A stretch of 64,000 nt of DNA, taken from contig DATMBG010000037.1 in the NCBI GenBank assembly GCA_035559535.1, positions 132,475 through 196,474 on the forward strand. The letters run 5' to 3'. The first letter of the stretch is position 1. The number at the start of each line of letters is the position of its first letter. The notes under the pieces were generated by a model. It did not search any database. It was not told the origin of the DNA and saw only the letters and a list, made by a program, of their open reading frames with translations. Made by a program: the position numbers and the translations under genes. Shown piece after piece: positions 58,770 to 64,000 of this stretch. This DNA is from Candidatus Limnocylindrales bacterium (lineage in GTDB: Bacteria; Moduliflexota; Moduliflexia; Moduliflexales; JAUQPW01).

Positions 58770-61205
58770 CTACGGTTTCTGAATCTCTTTTGACCCGCGT
58801 CCTAACTCTTCTTCCAGTTTCAAGACATTTAGTGTAGTCTTTAGGACACTGTCCGGATTCAAGCTTATGGAGTCAATACCAAGCCGTACCAGGTATTCTG
58901 CCATTTCTGGATAGTCCGAAGGGGCCTGACCGCAAATACCTGAATGGCGATGGTTTCGATGTGCTCCTTCTACGGTCTGACGTATCATCTCCTTGACTCC
59001 GGGGTCCCGTTCATCAAAATCGAAAGCTACGATCTCCGAATCGCGGTCCACACCTAAAACAAGCTGGGTTAGATCATTAGAGCCAATGGAGAAACCATCA
59101 AAGATACGAGAAAAGGCATCGATCTGAATTACATTGTTGGGGATCTCGCACATCACATAGATTTCAAGACCGTTCTCGCCCTGCCTTAATCCATACCCGG
59201 CCATGGCCTGGAGTACTTTCTCTCCTTCTTCTACCCGGCGACAGAAAGGTATCATGAGTTTTACATTGGTTAATCCCATTTCTTCGCGTACCCGACGCAT
59301 AGCGGCGCACTCCAAGGCAAAACCTTCGGCATAAGCAGGATGAGCGTAGCGTGAAGCACCCCGGAAGCCAAGCATAGGATTGGCTTCCACAGGCTCGAAG
59401 TATTTACCTCCCAGGAGACGGGCATACTCGTTGGTCTTGAAATCAGACATGCGTACAATTACAGGCTTTGGGTAAAAGGCGGCTGCGATAGTCCCTACCC
59501 CTTCGGAGAGTTTTTCCACAAAGAAATCGGCCGGTTTAGTATGGTGCCGGGTGAGGGCTTCCAACTCTGCACGCTCCTTGGGATCTTCGACCTTCTCCGG
59601 GTATAACAAAGCCATGGGATGGGCCTTGATGTACTCGCTGATAATGAACTCCATACGAGCCAGTCCTACCCCATCATTGGGAAGGAAGCTGGTCTCAAAA
59701 GCTGTTTCTGGATTGCCGATATTAATCATGATCTTGGTAACCGGTCGTCTGAGTTGGCTGAGGTCAATTCTGTGCACCTCAAAGGGGAGGCTACCTTCAT
59801 AGACCTTGCCTATGTCCCCTTCTGCGCAGGAAACCGTGACGGTACTACCACTCTTGATTCGTTCGGTAGCTCCACCTGCTCCTACCACAGCTGGAATCCC
59901 TAACTCCCGAGCAACAATGGCAGCATGACAGGTACGACCTCCCCGGTTGGTAACAATAGCCGACGCTTTCTTCATCACCGGCCCCCAATCTGGGGTAGTG
60001 GTATCAGCAACCAAAACTTCTCCTTCCTTAAATTCTCGAAGATGGGATACATTGGAGATTACATGAGCTATCCCGGTGGCAATCTTAGTCCCTACCGAAC
60101 GACCGGTAACTAAAACTGGACCTCTGCTCTTTAGCTCATACTCCTCAAGGATATGCCCTTTTTTCTGTGAAGCCACCGTCTCAGGTCGGGCCTGTACCAA
60201 ATAAAGTTTTCCATCCAGGCCATCCTTAGCCCATTCCATATCCATAGGCATTTCATGTCCTGCCTTGGTGCTGTAGTGCTGCTCTACCTGGATGGCATAG
60301 TCTGCCAGGGTTAATACCTCTTCATCGTTGATGCAGAAACGCTCCCGGTCTGCACGAGGGGTGGGGATATTCCGCGTTGCTTCCCGGGTCCCTCCTTCTG
60401 CATAAATCATTTTGATCTGCTTCTCTCCCAGGTTTCGGCGCAATACCGCGCGATATCCTTTCTTGAAGGTAGGTTTATGGACATACCACTCATCCGGGTC
60501 CAACGCACCCTGCACTACGTTCTCACCAAGACCATAAGCGCCTGTAATGAATACCACATCCCGAAAACCGGACTCTGTATCCAGGGAGAACATAACCCCA
60601 CTGGCAGCCAAATCTGAACGCACCATTTTCATGATACCGATGGATAGAGCAACCTTGAAATGATCGAAACCATGGTTGATCCGATAATGAATGGCACGGT
60701 TGGTAAAGAGACTTGCAAAGCAGCGTCGACAGGCATCTAAAAGTACTGCGTCCCCTTTGATATGAAGGTAAGTCTCATGTTGCCCGGCAAAACTGGCTGT
60801 GGGCAGGTCTTCGGCAGTAGCCGAACTACGTACCGCTACGGTCATCTCTGGATCATATTCTTCCTGGAGCCGATGATAAGCAGTAAGAATCTCGTCCCGC
60901 AGATCCTCCGGAAGGCCAGCTCCGTAAATAATATCCCGAGCCTGCTTACCTCGATGTGCCAGATCTTGGATATTCTTGGGGTCCAGGCTTTCCAGGATAT
61001 TTCGTAATTGATTCCAGGCTTTAGCGCTATCCAGGATATAACGATAGGCATCGGCCGTAATAGCAAAACCATTGGGTACCAGCACCCCTTTTGGAGTCAG
61101 TTCCCGGTACATCTCCCCTAAAGAAGCGTTTTTACCCCCGACAAGGGGTATATCGCTCAGACTTATTTCCCGGAAAAAGCGAATATATTTAAATGACTTA
61201 GACAT
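58770..61205 (-). CDS. ppsA: Phosphoenolpyruvate synthase (pyruvate, water dikinase)
   Basis: 811 aa with an N-terminal ATP-grasp, a central phosphohistidine domain (GGRTCHAAIVARELGIPAVVG) and a C-terminal PEP-utilising TIM barrel. Confidence 0.9.
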   Translation of the reverse strand: MSKSFKYIRFFREISLSDIPLVGGKNASLGEMYRELTPKGVLVPNGFAITADAYRYILDSAKAWNQLRNILESLDPKNIQDLAHRGKQARDIIYGAGLPEDLRDEILTAYHRLQEEYDPEMTVAVRSSATAEDLPTASFAGQHETYLHIKGDAVLLDACRRCFASLFTNRAIHYRINHGFDHFKVALSIGIMKMVRSDLAASGVMFSLDTESGFRDVVFITGAYGLGENVVQGALDPDEWYVHKPTFKKGYRAVLRRNLGEKQIKMIYAEGGTREATRNIPTPRADRERFCINDEEVLTLADYAIQVEQHYSTKAGHEMPMDMEWAKDGLDGKLYLVQARPETVASQKKGHILEEYELKSRGPVLVTGRSVGTKIATGIAHVISNVSHLREFKEGEVLVADTTTPDWGPVMKKASAIVTNRGGRTCHAAIVARELGIPAVVGAGGATERIKSGSTVTVSCAEGDIGKVYEGSLPFEVHRIDLSQLRRPVTKIMINIGNPETAFETSFLPNDGVGLARMEFIISEYIKAHPMALLYPEKVEDPKERAELEALTRHHTKPADFFVEKLSEGVGTIAAAFYPKPVIVRMSDFKTNEYARLLGGKYFEPVEANPMLGFRGASRYAHPAYAEGFALECAAMRRVREEMGLTNVKLMIPFCRRVEEGEKVLQAMAGYGLRQGENGLEIYVMCEIPNNVIQIDAFSRIFDGFSIGSNDLTQLVLGVDRDSEIVAFDFDERDPGVKEMIRQTVEGAHRNHRHSGICGQAPSDYPEMAEYLVRLGIDSISLNPDSVLKTTLNVLKLEEELGRGSKEIQKP

Positions 61206-61559
61206 CTTAATTTAATCCTTCCTACGGAGAGTGGGGGATGTGAAGTCACTATCTCATCCCTCACCACAGGATTTGAAAATTCCTCCTTTTTCGTTATTTC
61301 TGCTTCCCAAGTCTTTTAATTTCTTTTACAATAAGTATGCCAAACCGTTTTTCGATTTCTAGGCTGTGGAGTTTCTAACAGAGAGACCCAGAGAAGGATT
61401 TGACAAAAAACAGGAGACTTCAAATAATCCTGCTGAAAAAACTTGTCAGGAACTTCCTCACGAAATAAATAATCTAAAAAGAGCGATGGGAGTTGAGGCA
61501 AGCCTTTCGTTGAGCGTTCAAACTATTTTAGTCAAAGCCATTTTGCGGAGAGGTGATTC

Positions 61560-62363
61560 ATGATTATTGCCCTGGCATCACCGCGTATCGCCACAACCCT
61601 TGAGGAGGGTTTAGATAAGATCAAGCGGCTTTTATCCGAAGCTTCAGCCCAAGGGGCAGAAATCGCGTGTTTCCCAGAAGCCTATCTCCCAGGTCTGCGG
61701 GGACAGGATTTTGAAGTGTTGCCCTTTGATCACGCCCAGCAGGAGCGGGTACTTCAGACCGTAGCCCAATGGGCACGGACGTATGCAATAGCCGCTATCC
61801 TCGGGATGGAAAGGCTCACAGAGGTGGGCCGACAGATTGTTGCCTTTGTCATTGACGCCCAGGGCCAGATTCAAGGATACCAAACCAAAAACCAACTGGC
61901 CCCGACCGAAGATCGGTTCTATGTGCCCGGAAATACCCGACGCCTCTTCGAGATCCGGGGGATTAAATTTGGCGTGGTAATTTGCCATGAGGGGTGGCGC
62001 TATCCCGAGACGGTGCGATGGGCGGCGGTGCGGGGAGCCAAAATCGTCTTTCACCCCCACCATACAGGGAGTGATCAAGGGGGTGTTCGTCTGACGCAGT
62101 GGGGGGCGGTCCATGGGCCTTACTACGAGAAGGCGATGATGCTTCGTAGCCTGGAGAACACCATCTACTTTGCCAGTGTCAATTACGCCTTGCGGTTCCA
62201 AGAATCGGCGACCAGTTTGATCACTCCATCCGGGCAGTGCCAGGCATACTTGCCCTATGGAGAAGAAGGAGTATTGGTCCAGGCGATCAACGTGGAGGAA
62301 GCAACGGGATTGCTGGCCCTGCGATATGCTCCCGAGCGTTATCAAGAATTCAGGATGGAATGA
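61560..62363 (+). CDS. Carbon-nitrogen hydrolase family protein (nitrilase/amidase-like)
   Basis: The Glu-Lys-Cys catalytic triad context is present: CFPEAYLPG (Glu), a mid-region Lys and FGVVICHEGWRYPE (Cys). Confidence 0.75.
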   Translation: MIIALASPRIATTLEEGLDKIKRLLSEASAQGAEIACFPEAYLPGLRGQDFEVLPFDHAQQERVLQTVAQWARTYAIAAILGMERLTEVGRQIVAFVIDAQGQIQGYQTKNQLAPTEDRFYVPGNTRRLFEIRGIKFGVVICHEGWRYPETVRWAAVRGAKIVFHPHHTGSDQGGVRLTQWGAVHGPYYEKAMMLRSLENTIYFASVNYALRFQESATSLITPSGQCQAYLPYGEEGVLVQAINVEEATGLLALRYAPERYQEFRME

Positions 62364-62401
62364 GTGCCTGGCACCCTATGCAACACCAGCTTTACAGGGT
62401 A

Positions 62402-63280
62402 CTAATCGGTATCCTTCTTGGGTTTAAAGGTCCTTTCCATCAACTCAAACTTTGTAATCCGATCCAGCCGGAAATTTCGAACTTCCTGACGGAGATGGCA
62501 GTAGCCTTTTAAATAAATCTGCTCATCGAGTTTAAGAAAAAAATAAGGATCTACCAGCCGTCCCACCTTCTCTTTCTGCTTCGTAGACTTGTATTCTATA
62601 AAAACGGAGCGTCGTTCTTGAGCAGCCTTTCGAAGTCCCTGGATCAGATCCAGGGGATAGCGTTTAAAGGCCTGATTCTCCCACAGGGGGAATCGGTAAA
62701 AAGGACCATGTCGCTTGAGCAATCCACCCAGAGTAAATATCCCTTCTGCCTGAAGCTTATCCAGGAAAATGTTAAATAGATCCTTTGTAACCAGGGCATC
62801 TCCCAACCCCCGATGAGCCTGGGGATGCGTAATATTGAATCTTTGCCTTAACTCATCCAGATTATGATGTTTGTATTGAGGATAAAGGACCCGGGATAAG
62901 GTAAGGGTATCGAGGGTTTTGTTATCAGTGGGGGTTAGCTTTTCTTTCTCGAAGGCAACGGCCAGAAAACTCAGATCATAGGGTGCATTATGGGCAACCA
63001 GCAGAGTATCCTGGATAAACTCCACAAACCTCGGAAGCACTTCTTTCAGGGGCGGGGCCTCTGCCACCATATCGTTGGTAATATGGGTAAGGGCGGAAAC
63101 TTCGGAGGAGATAGAACAGCCTGGATTCACCAGTTGATTAAAAATTCCCAGGATTTCCTTATCTTTAAACTTAACGGCTCCAATCTCGCAAATTTGATCC
63201 CCCGAAAGGGGATCTAAACCCGTTGTTTCCAAATCGAAGGCTACAAAGGTAATATCTTTAAAATGCGTTGAAGGTTCCAC
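62402..63280 (-). CDS. DnaQ-like DEDDh 3'-5' exonuclease fused to a C-terminal WYL domain
   Basis: Exo I FVAFDLETTGL, Exo II LVAHNAPYDLSFL and Exo III H-x4-D (HRGLGDALVT). The C-terminal about 90 aa carry the WYL-domain signature (GRLVDPYFFLKLDEQIYLKGYCHLRQEVRNFRLDRI). Confidence 0.7.
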   Translation of the reverse strand: MEPSTHFKDITFVAFDLETTGLDPLSGDQICEIGAVKFKDKEILGIFNQLVNPGCSISSEVSALTHITNDMVAEAPPLKEVLPRFVEFIQDTLLVAHNAPYDLSFLAVAFEKEKLTPTDNKTLDTLTLSRVLYPQYKHHNLDELRQRFNITHPQAHRGLGDALVTKDLFNIFLDKLQAEGIFTLGGLLKRHGPFYRFPLWENQAFKRYPLDLIQGLRKAAQERRSVFIEYKSTKQKEKVGRLVDPYFFLKLDEQIYLKGYCHLRQEVRNFRLDRITKFELMERTFKPKKDTD

Positions 63281-63450
63281 ATAGATAATATATGGCAGAA
63301 GGGTCTTAAATTTCTATGAACTTTATCCTGTTTTATCCTAAAAACTTATCCAGGAGGGAATTTTGTCGTAAAACAAAGAGCCAAAATGAGGGGAGGAAGG
63401 TCCTGGTTGTTCCGCTCATTTTGGCTTTTTAAGAAGGGGGAAGGGATTTA

Positions 63451-64000
63451 CTAAGCAACCCCATACTTCTTAAACCATTCTTGCAGACGTTTCCAGCCAT
63501 CTTCGGCTGCTTCCTTACGATAACTGGGTCGATAGTCAGCATGGAAGCCGTGGGGGGCCTCGGGATAGACTATGATTTCGGAGGGATTACCCGCAGCTTT
63601 CAGGGCCTGACGCATCTGTTCAACGGTATCCAGGGGAATACCCTGATCTTTTCCACCATAGAGGCCTAAAACCGGTACCTTAAGGAACGGGGCTATATCG
63701 ATAGGATGCTTTGGTTGAAGTTCGTTGGGCTGACCCACCAAACGGCCATACCAGGCAACCCCTGCCTTTACCTTTGGATTATGGGCAGCATAGAGCCATA
63801 CAATTCGCCCACCCCAGCAAAATCCGGTAATTCCAAGCCTGGACACATCCCCCTTACCGGATTTCTCAGCCCAACTAACGGTGGCATCCAGATCGGACAT
63901 AACCTGTGCATCCGGGACCTTGGAAACGACCTTGGAGAGGATTTCTCCTATATCGGTCATTTTGGATACATCTCCTTGTCGGGCATACAGATCGGGTGCC
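63451..64000 (-). CDS. Dienelactone hydrolase family protein (N-terminus beyond the window end)
   Basis: The ORF is still open at the window edge. Upstream in-frame codons read [10 protein letters not shown], a DLH motif. The nucleophile elbow is GFCWGG, and the C-terminal His region is EAPHGF. Confidence 0.7.
   Translation of the reverse strand, partial: APDLYARQGDVSKMTDIGEILSKVVSKVPDAQVMSDLDATVSWAEKSGKGDVSRLGITGFCWGGRIVWLYAAHNPKVKAGVAWYGRLVGQPNELQPKHPIDIAPFLKVPVLGLYGGKDQGIPLDTVEQMRQALKAAGNPSEIIVYPEAPHGFHADYRPSYRKEAAEDGWKRLQEWFKKYGVA

Overview
This is a bacterial chromosomal segment that is mostly housekeeping and metabolic genes, with several unusual non-coding elements between them. The 3' ends, the partial ATP synthase gene (1..507) and the partial dienelactone hydrolase (63451..64000), run off the window.

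Genes I can support, in order:
- ATP synthase b and b' genes (minus strand, the second truncated at the window start).
- A DUF62 SAM hydroxide adenosyltransferase.
- A polar amino acid ABC transporter (binding protein, permease, ATPase).
- A tRNA with anticodon CAT immediately upstream of tilS, followed by ftsH.
- An FAD oxidoreductase, a membrane-anchored sulfatase-like enzyme, a soluble PQQ-type sugar dehydrogenase, a lone RND efflux pump and an epoxide-hydrolase-like hydrolase.
- An SPFH/band-7 protein, a TPR protein, a cyclase-family protein, an Atg22-like MFS transporter, tsaB, hemB and lepB.
- An AAA+ GTPase of the McrB family fused to an N-terminal DUF2461 domain, with no McrC partner.
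- A minus-strand cluster of RidA, a thiamine-pyrophosphate enzyme, a class III aminotransferase and a five-gene Liv-type ABC transporter (livF, livG, livM, livH, livK-like).
- A multi-PAS hybrid histidine kinase and a sigma-54-dependent (NtrC-family) response regulator.
- A VIT1/CCC1 metal transporter and an aa3-type cytochrome c oxidase operon (subunits II, I, III, IV).
- A CBS-domain site-2 protease and a tandem universal stress protein.
- A five-gene operon with a clear sigma-54 promoter: an AMP-forming acyl/acetyl-CoA synthetase, 2-oxoacid dehydrogenase E1 alpha, E1 beta and E2, and an acyl carrier protein whose start overlaps the E2 stop.
- A baeRF (eRF1-like) family protein, a stand-alone LigD phosphoesterase domain, ppsA, a carbon-nitrogen hydrolase, a DEDDh exonuclease fused to a WYL domain, and a partial dienelactone hydrolase.

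Non-coding content worth attention:
- A family of hairpin-forming tandem octamer (TRTGGGAG) repeats in at least four intergenic spaces, one of them inside the liv operon.
- A related single-arm octamer array.
- Several GC-rich perfect palindromes of 18 to 44 bp.

The best candidates for something new are the DUF2461-McrB orphan, the E1/E2-ACP operon under sigma-54 control, and the octamer hairpin repeat family, whose G-rich arms may form G-quadruplexes.
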